In this document: piece by piece, positions 39,212-51,607 of the stretch
Position numbering within the stretch: position 1 is the first letter of the stretch
Layout of the letters: every line of letters starts with the position of its first letter
The notes under the pieces: generated by a model
Told to the model about the DNA's origin: nothing
Databases searched by the model: none
What the model saw: the letters and a program-made list of their open reading frames with translations, nothing else
Position numbers and translations under genes: made by a program
From: Monocercomonoides exilis PA203
Lineage: Eukaryota; Protista; Preaxostyla
Length of the DNA stretch: 64,000 nucleotides
Reading direction: 5' to 3'
Assembly: GCA_001643675.2 (NCBI GenBank)
Contig: LSRY02000007.1
Coordinates: forward strand, 620,001-684,000

Positions 39212-39691
39212 TTGTTGAGCAGATCTATTTGACATAAAAGAAAAATTTTCTGAATTTACTCGAAATGGGTGATTATTTTCGAAATCATATTTTTTCATAC
39301 AAAAATTTCGGGGCAAATATATTTCTATCAAATCAATAAAAATAATTGAATAGCAAATAGGCTTGTTGAAATCATTTTCATTTTTTATTTTGAAAAAACA
39401 TTTGTTTTTAAAAACAATTATCATGCTTCTTTTCTTTTGAAACAAAAATTTCTTTCGAAAAACTTTCAATCTTTGAAAAATCAACACCCAGAAAAAAGAT
39501 ATGAATTTTAAATTATTCACCCAAATGTACAAAATTTATATCTATTGAAATTTCAGAATAATGCTTAAATAAAAAAAAAAAAAAGTCATATCACATTTAT
39601 TATTTTAATTCAATAATGCAGTGTGGAAATATTGAGAAGGAAAATCATTATTCATTTTTAGCCATAATAGCTTATATTATTTATAGAACAT

Positions 39692-42311
39692 ATGTCGAGT
39701 TTCATTTACATTTTGTTGACAGTGAAAATAACTTCATCCGCATTTGATTGCGCACTTAAAGAAAATGTTCTCGTATCATATGAAGATGGAAGACGCTGCA
39801 TTGAATCACTTGAGGTAAATTATATTTTTTCCTTTTATTTTGTGCTTATTAGCATTGATTACTTGTTTTTCAGCTAAATAACAATGAAAAAGAAGTAGAC
39901 AATACTATTGATACTTTGCTTGGATTAGCTGAGCTCAATGTGTTTAAGGATATAACTTTAAATCCTCCGTATCCATTTGAAAATTTGAAAGCAAATATGA
40001 CTGAAAAAATTGAAGCTCTTAGAAAAAAGGAATATGCAAATGCAAATGAATTCTATTCAGCCGTTGCGGAACTATTTTCAAAACAAAAAGATCCACATTC
40101 TGTATTTTTCAAACCATGCTTCGATAAATTTGAGTTTATATTACCTTTTGGGCTATCTGCAAAAGCAACTGGCGATGATAAAAAGAAAACCACAATTACA
40201 TTGGTAAAACATTCTGAGCCATATGCTTTTGTAACAGAAGAATATTTGAAAACAGGAAAGGATTATTCTGGCTACGAAGTTACTGAAATTAATCCGGATG
40301 GTGGAGATCTCATTAACGAACCAGCAGCAACTACGCTTGGCAAATGGGCAGATGAAAATATTTATAACTCAAAATTATCACCTTCACGCTTTAATAAAGC
40401 GATTCAGTCAGATTTTGCAATACGTTTACAGAAAGTTTATTCTATGCCAAAATCTAAAAGTGTGAAAATGAGACTTCAGCACGATGGAAACGATATGGTG
40501 ATCGATTTCGAGTGGAAAGTTAGACCCCTCGTCAATGTTTCACATTTGGATGATCTTTGTCCAATAGCAAACTATACCTCGGATAATTATCGTAATAACG
40601 AAGCTCAAAGTTTATATGGCTTGAAATATGAAAGCACACCCTTGGGACGCTTTATGGCTGACATTCTGCCGAAACAGGCAGAACAAGCATCTAATTTGCA
40701 GGAGCGCAAGCAAAAACAAAGAAGAAAAGCGCAAACAGCTTTAAACGAAGACGAGCCAGAAGAAGATTTTGAAGAACTTATTTCTGGTCCTGTATTGCGA
40801 TTTTTGCACTTTAATCCAGAGAAAATCGGTTACATTCGAATCGACAGTTTTTATCCAAAAAGCGAAGAGCAGATGAAGCAGTACATCGACCAGCTGCAGG
40901 AATCCTTCAACATTATGAAAGAGAAAGGCACGACTCATCTGATTGTGGATGTGAGAGGAAACGGAGGCGGCTATGTCGCTATGGGAATGCGGACGCTGCA
41001 GTACTTGTCAAATAATGTGTACCCTGTCTTTGGGGAATATGGTTTTGCTTCAAATTTGCTTTTAATATTATTCATAATTATTTATTATTCATTATTACCA
41101 TTATTATCATTATTATATTTATATCTGTTTGATTGTTTAGATATACGTGAAACTCAGATTTATTCAGAAATGAATTCTGTGAAAGTATTGTCAAACATCA
41201 CTCACCTGAAATACGAAAGCTACAATGTTGTCGACGATTGGTATACAAATCCTGTTGAAAAAGTGTTTAACCTGACGAACAAGGATTCGATCAAACAAAA
41301 ATATGCAAAGAGATATACTGTTGATATTCTTGATGATGAGCTGCAGTTTGAGAAGATGTACGAAGTGCTGCAGAAAGGAGCACCCATCCAATTTGATCCA
41401 CAACATCTGATCATTGTCACTGTTTGCTATTGATAAAAATGCATTCTTGTCTTTTATCAATTGTCATTAATTAACTATTCTTTATTTTCTTTCTTTCTTT
41501 AACTTTTTAATCACTTTCTTGCTGACTTGATTGTGTGCTATCATCCAAGGACGGCTTATGCGGAAGCACCTGCTCCTGCTTCATTAAGCATGCTTCTGAA
41601 TCGCGAATTGCGCGTATGGTTGGCTTCGGCCGCTCGCCGCTGGATGAGAAAGCGCCGTTTGACGTTGGGTCATTTGCCGGCGGCTCTGTTGTCGACACAA
41701 CGTGGCTCTACGACAAGTGGCTGGCATACAAAGACCAGATGGCGTCTGCCCCGAGGCCGCTGCTGCGAAAGGGGGCATTGCTGCGCTGGGCGTTTGAAGA
41801 GATCTATTCGTTTGAGTGGAAGCACCGCAACGAGCTTTTGGAATTCAAGGTCAACGAGCCAGACTTCCGCATACCCCATTTCCCGAAGCCCGCATCTGAC
41901 GAATACAAAAAGGAGAATTTAAAGGAGGCACTGGATGAATTGAAGCCTCTATTCAACAAGTGTGCTGAGTGGGAGGTGAAAGTGGACGAGGCGTGCAAGA
42001 ACAAGAATTCTAAGCATCGGATATTTGGGAGAAAATGCACGAAGAATGGCGATTTTGACAACACCACGTGTGCGTTTGCGAGGTGCGAGACGGGATATTA
42101 CTGGGCAGGATCGATAACTATTGAAGAAGGACAGGAAATCCCAGTTTGTGTGAAGATTCCAGATCGTCCGCAAAAGAAAGATACAAATGTGTGGGATGTC
42201 ATTGCTCCGATTCTTGTGATTGGGATAAGCGCTGTGGTTGCAGCTGTTGTTATCATTGTTGTGTGTATTGTTCGGCATAGAAAGAAGCATCAGTACAATA
42301 ACATGGAGTAA
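39692..42311 (+). CDS. Membrane-anchored peptidase family S41 (tail-specific protease/CPAF-like), 4 exons
   Basis: Signal peptide, KDPHS, IGYIRIDSF, LIVDVRGNGGG, IIVT|DGLCGSTCSCF (catalytic Ser motif), SFAGG, Cys-rich stalk, TM and tail RHRKKHQYNNME. Introns 39815-39873, 41042-41140, 41422-41549. Confidence 0.88.
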
Positions 42312-42842
42312 ATTACAAGCTCATTTTTTTTAAGTCTTTTGTTTTTGATGATGATTGCAGAATCGAGTCTTTTACAAGAATTCAGAAACTTTTTCAATAT
42401 CATAACTCTCAAAAGAAATTTCAAACAAGTTTTGCAATCAAAGAAATTTATGTTTCATGATTTTAATGATTGAAATACTTTCTCTTTTATGTCTTGCTAA
42501 AGTTTTTGAATTTTTTTTTTCTCTTTCATTACAATTCATTGCACAAATTGTTGGAAGCTGTTATTAAATTGAATATAACACACATCACCTATTTTAAGAG
42601 AGGCAAATCACTTGTTTAAATAACAAACAATTTTGTTATTTTTGATTTCAGAAACTTCAAATAATTGGAAATATGAAATATAAGAAAGAGTAACAATTAC
42701 TAATTAAGCTCAAAACTCAAAAATCAAAGAAAACATAAAAGAAACTCAAACAATAAACATTAAACACTAAAAATCAGATAAAATACATACACATAAACAC
42801 TCACATTTACTCGGTTTCTAAAAAAAGTTCTTCTTCTATTAC

Positions 42843-45800
42843 TCACAGTCCTGTTTCGCTTTCCTCTGAAGGAGAGTCCACATCTCCGTCTGGCTCGTCG
42901 TCGCTGCTGTCGCCATGGGCAGCAATCTGCGCATCCCATGCCGAAGACTCCTTCCTCACCTCTGCTTCGTGTTTCTTCCCCTTCTTGCTTGCTGCTGGTT
43001 GTGCGCTCACTCGAAGCCAAGGAGCAGAAGAAGATGGTGTCAATGAGCCAGTTAAAGGTGCAGGTGCAACTGAAGATGGAACAGAAACTGCTCCTCCATT
43101 TGCCAATCGAGGCAAAGAGGGAGTTGAAGATTGAGTTTTGATAGGGTTAACTGACTTGGAGGAAGAGTCTGACGAAGAAAATGCTGGATGAGAAAGCAGT
43201 TTTGAAGCAGGCAGTGCAACTTTCTTTTGTGTGCTGTTGGAAGCTTCTTTGGCTTTTGGCTGCAGTTTCTGTGAAGATGGAGATCTTTGTGAAAGAGTCG
43301 TGGATGAACGTGTCATTTGAGTAATATTTGTTTTTGTACCATTCTTTCCTGTCTGCTGCCTCTTAACAAGAACAGGCTTTTGCAGAGAAGATGAAGAATA
43401 TGTCCCTTTCAAACCACTTTTTGCGTTTCTAGTAACTTTTATTGCACTCAGCAATTTTTCTTCTTCTTCTTCTTCTTCCTCCTCCTCCTCCTCCTCTTCT
43501 TCTTCTTCCTCTTCTTCCTCTTCTTCCTCTTCCTCTTCCTCTTCGCTGTCGTCCAAACTCGAAGTCTTTTTCCCTTTTAAGTGTTCGTTTTCTATCCTCT
43601 CATCTTTCTCTCTTTCCAGCCGATCTAATTCTTCTTCATCAATTTCTGTACCTTCCTTCAGCTCTTCCCCGTTCAGCAGCTTCGATAACGCTTCTTCATT
43701 CTCATTGTCAACAACAATTTCTCCGACTTCTTCGTCTTCATCGCTTTCCTCCCCAGCCATCACTACCTCCATCAAATCTTTCATCTTTTCTTTGTTCTCT
43801 TCATCTCCTTTAAGTGGAAAAGCACTTTGATCCTTGCCTATCTCCTCTGAAGCATCTGGAATGTTTACAGAGGGCAGCATCATGTTCAGCGAGACTGAGC
43901 CGATCATCGACGTGACAAGCGAAAGAGGAGATGACTGAACTTCACTGTCTGGATGAGCGGATGAAGAAGAGTCAGAGCTTGAATATCTATTTGTGGTAGG
44001 CAAAGAAGAAGAAGAAGAAGAAGACGATGATGATTGTGGTGGAAATAGTGTTGTATTGACTGTAGAATTAGACTCTGAAGTTTGTAATGAACTTAAGTTT
44101 GGTAAGCTTTTGTTAGTTTTTGTTTCATTCTGTTTTGTTACTGCATTAGAAGTAACAGAATTTGAAGCAAACTTGTCAGAATCTGTTGAAGATGCTGATT
44201 TACTCTTGCAGCTGGCATTCAGAGGAGCCAACGAAGAGCTTTTAGATGGTGGTATTGCAACTGAATGTTCCGCTTTACTGTTCTCTGAGCTTAACAACGT
44301 ATCCAATGCATCCCTCAAATTCTTCGCAGAAGTTTCATTCTCTTTGTCATTTTTGTCATTTCCTGTCATTTTTTGATTAATCTCTTCATTTTTGTGTATC
44401 CTTCCTCCAGTTTCACTGCTCGCCAAATGCGCATTTTGCGCCTCTTCCTTTTGAGCAGCCTCGTTTCGTGCCGCGTTCATTCGATAGAGCAGCGTCGAGT
44501 TTTGATGCGCTGCTGCACAGCTTGACTCACACAGAGTGTCTACAACAGAAGGGAACATCTGTGCGAATCTCCTGCAAAGCGAGTGATATGTCATTGAATG
44601 GCTGATGATCGAGGGGAGAAACGACTTGAGCACATAGTCGTCTTCCTGCTCACCTGCTTTTGGTGCGTTTGAAGAAGCGCGTTGCTCTCTTTGAAGACAA
44701 GGGAACCGCGTCACATCCACATCCACATCGTCTTCTTCGTTCTCTGAGAACGAATCGCTGTTGTCTGCTCTTCCATTTTTCGTAGTCTGTTTACACTTTT
44801 GCCTTCTCATTTTTCTGTGTTCGAGAAGTTTTGTGTAGAACGCAATGTGCTTCGGGTCGATGGAGTCGTTTGGCATTGGAAGAGTGGCAGGGTTGATAAA
44901 GTGCTGCCAGGAAAGAAGCTTGGAATACTCGTCGTGGAATGGCTTGTATAGATTGCTATTGTAAAGTGAAGTGGTTGTGCTATTTGATGATGAATGAAAT
45001 GAGGTTGAAGAAGAAGACGACAAAGAAGTAAGTGAAAGATGTGGTTTGGTTGGATCATTGCTTGACGACGACGAAGAAGAAGAAGAAGTTGATAAAGAAG
45101 AAGTGGAAGAATTAGAATTCAGTTTAGGAGACTGTTCGCTGTGAAGTGACAAAGCATCGTCTTGATCATTTCCAGAAGGCGACGACGAATGAGAAGGTGA
45201 CGACTCAGTTTTTGAAGGCTGTTTGGAAAGGATGAGCGTGGCAAGGCAGGGCAGCCGATAAGAAAGATACGAGCGGACAAGAGATGCACTCAGAAAAGGA
45301 TGTGCTTGAGACGAGTCAAAGCCATCACGAGGAGAGTTGAAGCTGAAAAATGAGCATCGGCGAGACGGCATTCGCTTTTGTGCGGGTGGATTGATTGAAC
45401 TGTCTTCGTCTTTCAATGAGGAAGAGGAAGAAGAAGAAGAAGGAGAAGAAGAAGAATCACAGGAGTCTTCGCTTTCTGCAATATTGTCCGGTACAATTCG
45501 ATTCTGTGAAATGTCAAGAGAAGATAAATGTGGAAAATGATATGCAATTCTGTTCAGGTCTCCAAGGTTGGTTATTCCACAGTCGTTTAGAGAGAGCGTC
45601 GTAATCAATGGGAAGGTGCTTGAAAACTGTCAATTCAAAACAAAAAAAAGAGAAAAAATAAAATTTCATTACAGAGAAGTATAAAAACATATTGGAATAC
45701 AAAATATAAGTGAGAAAAAAAAAATAATACTAAAACTTTTGAAAGAAAAAAAGATGCAGTTAATAAAAATCAGCTTTCACAGAAAGAAACATAAATATCG

Positions 45801-47127
45801 CCCGTTTTCTTTGAATAAAAAAACATCTTCATTCAAATCATCGAGCATCTTCAATAACACCACCAGCGCCACACACTTTTGGCAGCGAGGGGACGAGCGA
45901 CTTGCGGAAGTCCATCAAAGAGAGCGAGAGCGAAGTGATGTGGGAAATGACAGAAGGCGTCAGAGACTCGACAATACGAGAAAACCGGAACGGCTGCGGA
46001 GACTCCTTTCGCGGCTGGGCGCTCTGCTCTGAGGCAGATTGCCCCGCTGTGCCGACTTGTGGCGGGCGAGTCTGTCTTTCTTCAGCTGAAAAAAAAGAGG
46101 CAGACGAAGGAAGAGCAGCAGTTTTGTGTGCTTTGATGTTTGAAATGCTGACAAGTCTATGAGATGCTGGTGGAGATGAGGCAGCTTCTGAGCACTCTCG
46201 GATACCATCTGTCATTGACTCCAAATCTTCAAAAGAAACAAACGCATCACCTGACGGCAAATCTGAGAAATCATCTGGCTTTGCTTGAGCACCTGCAGAG
46301 CTGCTGCACAAATTGACAGATGTTATAGAATTATCATTTATTCCACATTCATTCAGAAGGCATTCCTTTAAAAAAGAATTTTCAGATGGACGCACATCTG
46401 ATATAAATGGATTTGAAAAGGAAGATATTGATTGATTCTCTTCTTGACTTTCAGACATGTTTTGACCAAATTTATTGGTAATATAATTTGAAGATGATAA
46501 AGCATTTGATTGCGATGGATCTTTAGCACTAAAATAAACCGGCATAAATGTTGAAGATCTTGGTTGAGAAATAAGATGATTTGATGAGCACACTTCAGAA
46601 AATGAAGAATCAAAATTCTGACACTTTTCATTCTTCGTATGAGACTGATAATTCTTTGTTTTTGAAAATTGAGCACTTTGAGTATTTTGATGAAGATTTG
46701 GAAATGTTGGTGTAACTTTGTTTGCGGATGCCAATGTATTTTTTGCAGTTATTTTTGTGCCCCCAATCTTAATAAGTGGAAGAGTTGAAAAATGAGACGT
46801 AGCATCAACACTTGAAAGAGCACGCGATTCCTTCTCAATATCTAGCTCATCTTTCTTTTTTACTGTCACACTACGATAAAAAATTTCTGGCTGCTCAGAT
46901 TGAATTCGAGAAAAGGAAGGATGATGTGAATCGTCAGTTTGAGCGCTTATATTCGTAAAATCATATTCATAATAATCATCTCTTTTCGTTGCATATTGTT
47001 GACCAAGACACGAAAGCTCATTTACTGTACTTACATCCGACTTTAATGATTTAGTAACAGGATAAACACTCTTTATTTGATCTTCGTGTGAATGTGAATT
47101 TTTCGAATGTTTCTCGAAATTTTCCAT
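42843..47127 (-). CDS. Large low-complexity protein with a short central leucine-rich-repeat region and a poly-Glu tract, 2 exons
   Basis: ORFs 45838-47130 and 42843-45608 join through a phase-0 intron (..SLPK|FSSTFPLITTLSLNDCGITNL). LRR motifs ITTLSLNDCGI and LSSLDISQNRI, plus LRRcap-like RSYLSYRLPCLATL. Confidence 0.75.
43458..43545 (-). repeat. (GAR)n trinucleotide repeat encoding ~29 Glu
   Basis: Mixed tct/tcc run on the + strand. Confidence 0.9.
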
Positions 47128-47423
47128 CACAAAATGTTAAAGCAGCTTATATTATATACTAACAACTCAATAAATTTTTATTGTTTCAGTATTTGAAATA
47201 AAATAGATTAGATACAATGCAGATTGGATCAAATTATTCTAATTGAAAAAATAATTTAAAATTGTGGGGGTTATTTAAAATAACCTCTGTTTATTTGAAT
47301 TGACTTGCTTATTTTTAAAATATATATGCGATTTAGAATTGAATGTGCTAAACATAAAAAATGATTGAGTTAGATTATTAGCATGAAAGACTGATATCAA
47401 ATACTAAAGTTTTTTTTTTGATT

Positions 47424-48424
47424 TAGGGTGGTTTTTTTATCAGGACATTTTTTTAACCCGGATATTTTTTTTTATTGGCGTATCTCACTAAATAAAAACT
47501 AAAAACTTAAAAAGCATATTGCACCAGGTTTGAGCACGTATTAAATGTTCATACAAAAAAATTTTTTTGTCAATTTTTGTTTTTGATGAAGATCTTGAGA
47601 ATTTTTAATTTATTTTTGATCATTTGTTTTGCTCGTTTTTAATCGACACTCTTTTTCTGTCAGTTTTTAGCCACTGGACCATGAATCATTCATAATTATC
47701 ATATATAATTTCAAATCTTTTTTGTTTTTTCTTATTTTTTCACGAGTTTTTCGCATTTCATTGTTATTGAAGAAAATTATAAAAAACTGAAAATAATGAG
47801 CTTCACAATATTTATTAGATGATTTTTGTGATATGCGTCAAATGATAAATACTTGCAGTATATATGCGCAAGGTGAAAATTTTGTTAAATGTTGCTGCTT
47901 TTGCAGTACAAATCAATTTTTCATTTTGACAAAATTACTCATTTTGATTTTAATTTTATGAAATATACAAACAAACTTGAGAAGCAATGCATTTTTATCT
48001 AATTTGCACAAAATTTTTATATTTTTATTGAAAGAACAAAAAACAGTTGAGAAAATATGAGTTTTTTATAATTTTCTTCAATAACAATGAAATGCGAAAA
48101 ACTCGTGAAAAAATAAGAAAAAACAAAAAAGATTTGAAATTATATATGATAATTATGAATGATTCATGGTCCAGTGGCTAAAAACTGACAGAAAAAGAGT
48201 GTCGATTAAAAACGAGCAAAACAAATGATCAAAAATAAATTAAAAATTCTCAAGATCTTCATCAAAAACAAAAATTGACAAAAAAATTTTTTTGTATGAA
48301 CATTTAATACGTGCTCAAACCTGGTGCAATATGCTTTTTAAGTTTTTAGTTTTTATTTAGTGAGATACGCCAATAAAAAAAAATATCCGGGTTAAAAAAA
48401 TGTCCTGATAAAAAAACCACCCTA
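47424..48424. mobile_element. Foldback/MITE element: 365-bp inverted arms around a 271-bp spacer
   Basis: 47424-47788 is the reverse complement of 48060-48424, with no mismatch in the stretches compared by eye. Termini (TA)GGGTGG...CCACCC(TA). The flanks read as either a TA or an ATTT duplication. Confidence 0.92.
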
Positions 48425-49050
48425 TTTAAAAAAAATTCGATCTTTCAATAATCTTCTTCGAAAAAAAGAACAATTCGATAATTCGTTCCAAATGCTGTTC
48501 TAACATATGCAATCGAAGATATGAGCTTCATTATAGAGTTTGAATGATTTTTGCAATTAAAAATACAATTTTCCCAATATACAAATCATAAAGGCTTCTG
48601 AAAACTTTCAGTTTATTTTGTCACAATTGTCAATTGTTTCTTAATAACTGTAACATCAACAACAACTTCAATGTTAACTTTTTTAATTCCCTTTGGATGA
48701 CTTTGCCTTTAAATATTTTTGCAACAGAAATTTTCAAATGATATTGTTTAACATTTTTCGCCTTGTTGAGAAACAATGTTAAAAATCATTAACAAGAAAT
48801 ATATAAAACACTGAATTATAAAAAGTATGTATGGTTATTTTTCAAGATTTCGCATCGAGTATTAAACATTTCTATTTTTAACAAATTTTTCTTTTTCGAT
48901 ATTTATCTAATTATTTAGCCGATTACTCATTTTTCTTTCGTGTTCCGAATTCTATTAACCTATTGCCTTTTGATGCTTCAATCTTTTATCTTTCATCATC
49001 CTCAGGATTCCTCACAATCTCAATTTCTATTTCAATTATGACAGACACAC

Positions 49051-49234
49051 ATAGGACGAAATTTTGAGCTTTCTGAATTTTGTTCCATTCTACTCCAACA
49101 AATATTTTTCTCAAATTTTAAATTTATCCACTTTCTTTTTTGACGTGGGAATGAAAGAATTATTATGATAAGGTTGAAGAAAAAATTTGGAACAAATCGT
49201 TGTTTTTTTCATAAATGAAAGAATTTTTCCCCAT
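49051..49234. mobile_element. ~180-bp MITE-like repeat, copy 1
   Basis: Collinear similarity to 60213-60390 and 63700-63880 (ggac.aaat..aattttgttcca..ttttctcaa..tttggaa.aaa..ttt.cccca). Confidence 0.6.
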
Positions 49235-49289
49235 ATTCTCTCGCGCTCCCATCATGTTTTCTCTTCCAGCTTGCTCAAAGCATCATCAA

Positions 49290-50200
49290 CAGTTCTTCCG
49301 ATCTTCCTTCAACAACTCCGATACCTCTCTCAGCTTTCAACACTTCTTTCCTCCACCAAACACGCTCTTTGTCAAACGATCTTGTAAAATATAATGGATC
49401 CGAAACTCAAATATTGAAACCTGGAAATTTGGCTTCATACGATCAGAATGGCCTTCGACTTGAATGATGAGAATGGAATGATTCAAATAGTGGAGCTGTC
49501 CACGGAGGTGCACTTTGTGTTTCTTGTGCAAATGGAAATCTCTCAATCACTTCTTGTTCATTCAACAATTGTTCAACTGGTGATCATGGTGGAGTATTAT
49601 TTTGCAGATATTTGCAAAATGTTAACATCACAAAATCTAATTTCACAAATTGTTCCGCTTTGCATGGTGGAGCTGTTGAAATAGCATATCCACAGTCATC
49701 CTCTGTTTGGTCATTCTCAGAAAACAGAGTGGAAAGTTGTTCAATCACAAATTGGTGCGGAACTGGTTGGAATTTTGGACTAAATAATAATCAGTAAAAT
49801 TTTCAATTCCTGTTTTCCAAATGCAAGTGCATTTCAAACTCAGGTGGTGATGCTGCTGGTTCTTTAACATTCTATTGGCCTCCATAAAATTAACCAAGTC
49901 AGTTTTCAATCAATAATTGTCAGTATATAAGCAACAATCTGACCACCTCTGCCAATTATGGAGGATGCTGCAATTTTTTTTCAATCAACTGATTCCTTGA
50001 TGAATGAAGTGATAATCATCACATTCTGTTTCTTCGATAGCAGTGAGGCTACAAATGTCAAAGGGAGTAATGACTTCTTCAACCAAAGCGAAATTACAGA
50101 ATCCCAGTTCAACTTATGTGTGGCAACAACTCCACCAAAAAGAGTGTGTAACAACAATGCAAAAGATAATACTGAGTTCAATGGCTTGCTCTCTTCATAT
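49290..50200 (+). pseudogene. Decayed fragment of the GGA-repeat surface protein family (N-terminal region)
   Basis: Frame-hopping translation gives AFNTSFLHQTRSLSND, HGGALCVSCANGNLSITSCSFNNCSTGDHGG, TKSNFTNCSALHGGAVEI and IITFCFFDSSEA..GSNDF, with many stops and frameshifts. Confidence 0.75.
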
Positions 50201-51607
50201 CTTTTGTCTTTTTTTCGAGAGAAATACCATTATCATTTGACCAACTCTTTTTTGAATTATTTCTTCGCTTCATTCGCATGTTTTTCCCATTTTATCAACA
50301 AATCTCCATAATCATATCAATCCTATGTTTATTCAACGTTTATCCAAAAACCAGCAACGTCTTTCATTTATTTTCTTTTTCAATCAGTTTTCACCTTTTT
50401 ATTCTTCAATTCATCTCTCATTTTCTGAAAGCTTCATTTCTTCAAAAAAAATCTTTCTTGATAATTTCTTTTGTTATCTCTGATCCAGTGCAGAATTTGA
50501 AGAAATGAAAAATAATCAAAAGGATGATTACGGTGATGTGGAAGTTGTTAAAATGACGTCTTTGCACAATAATTTGAAGATGATGATGCTTGGCGAATTG
50601 AAGGAAATGATTAAAGATCGAGAATTGCGAAAAGAAATCTGGTAAACAACATAGAGTTTCGTTTTTGATGATTTTTCTTGGACTCATTATTCATTATCAA
50701 TAACTCTTTTTATAAGAGCTTAATACATTGAATCTTTGTCCCACCTTCTTTTCATCAGTTTTCCAAGCTATTTCACTGCATTGCAAAATCCAAAGCATTT
50801 AATTGCATTTATCAACATTCATCTTGAGTCTGTTTGAATGTTTGAAAATAGTCAACTTTCAAAAAATCAAAATTTGGTGAACAAGCATAAAATAATTTCT
50901 CATCATTTGGCCTTTTTCAACTTTCATCACTTCAATTGCAGAAACTCTATATGTTCCTTATGGAATCAAATTCTTTTTTTTTTTCGAAAGTTCTCTTCTT
51001 TCTCTGGCAATCAAGACAATTTTCTGTGCATTATTATAAAATGAAAAAGAAGATGATAAACAAATAATTGAAAGGATATTTAAATAAGACCCAATTACAT
51101 AGCATTTATCATAATTACATCGATTTAACAGTTATCACTCTCGTTTTTTTCCTTTGAGGCAATAAAGGATTTCATTCACTGACTCAGCTTTGTCGAGTTT
51201 ATGACAAGAATATGAGTAGTTCATCATTTTATTAAGGAATCCGAATGGGATCATTATCTTCAAAAAAAAATTCTGTTTGAGCTATATTAATATTCAATAA
51301 GTTGCTTTTTGGAAAAATGAATGTCTCAATAAAGACAAAGAGATTCGAACAACATTGAAATGAAGCGCACAAATAAACATCCGAGAATAGATATTTTGAT
51401 TCATGCTTGAAATAATTGCAAATGAAAAAAATAATCGAATAAGACAAAAGATATTTTTTGTGATTGAATCGAAACAGTTTTCGAATTAATATTCCAAAGT
51501 CAACATTTTTTGTTTTTATTTTCAGTTGAAAGTGTGTCGCAAACATCATTAGCCAATCATTGAACAAACCATTTTCAATTTCCTAATGATCATTTGCACC
51601 CATATTT

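Noticed and set aside
48430-48800. Possible minus-strand gene relic next to the foldback element
   Set aside because: Short stop-interrupted frames with no assignable family.
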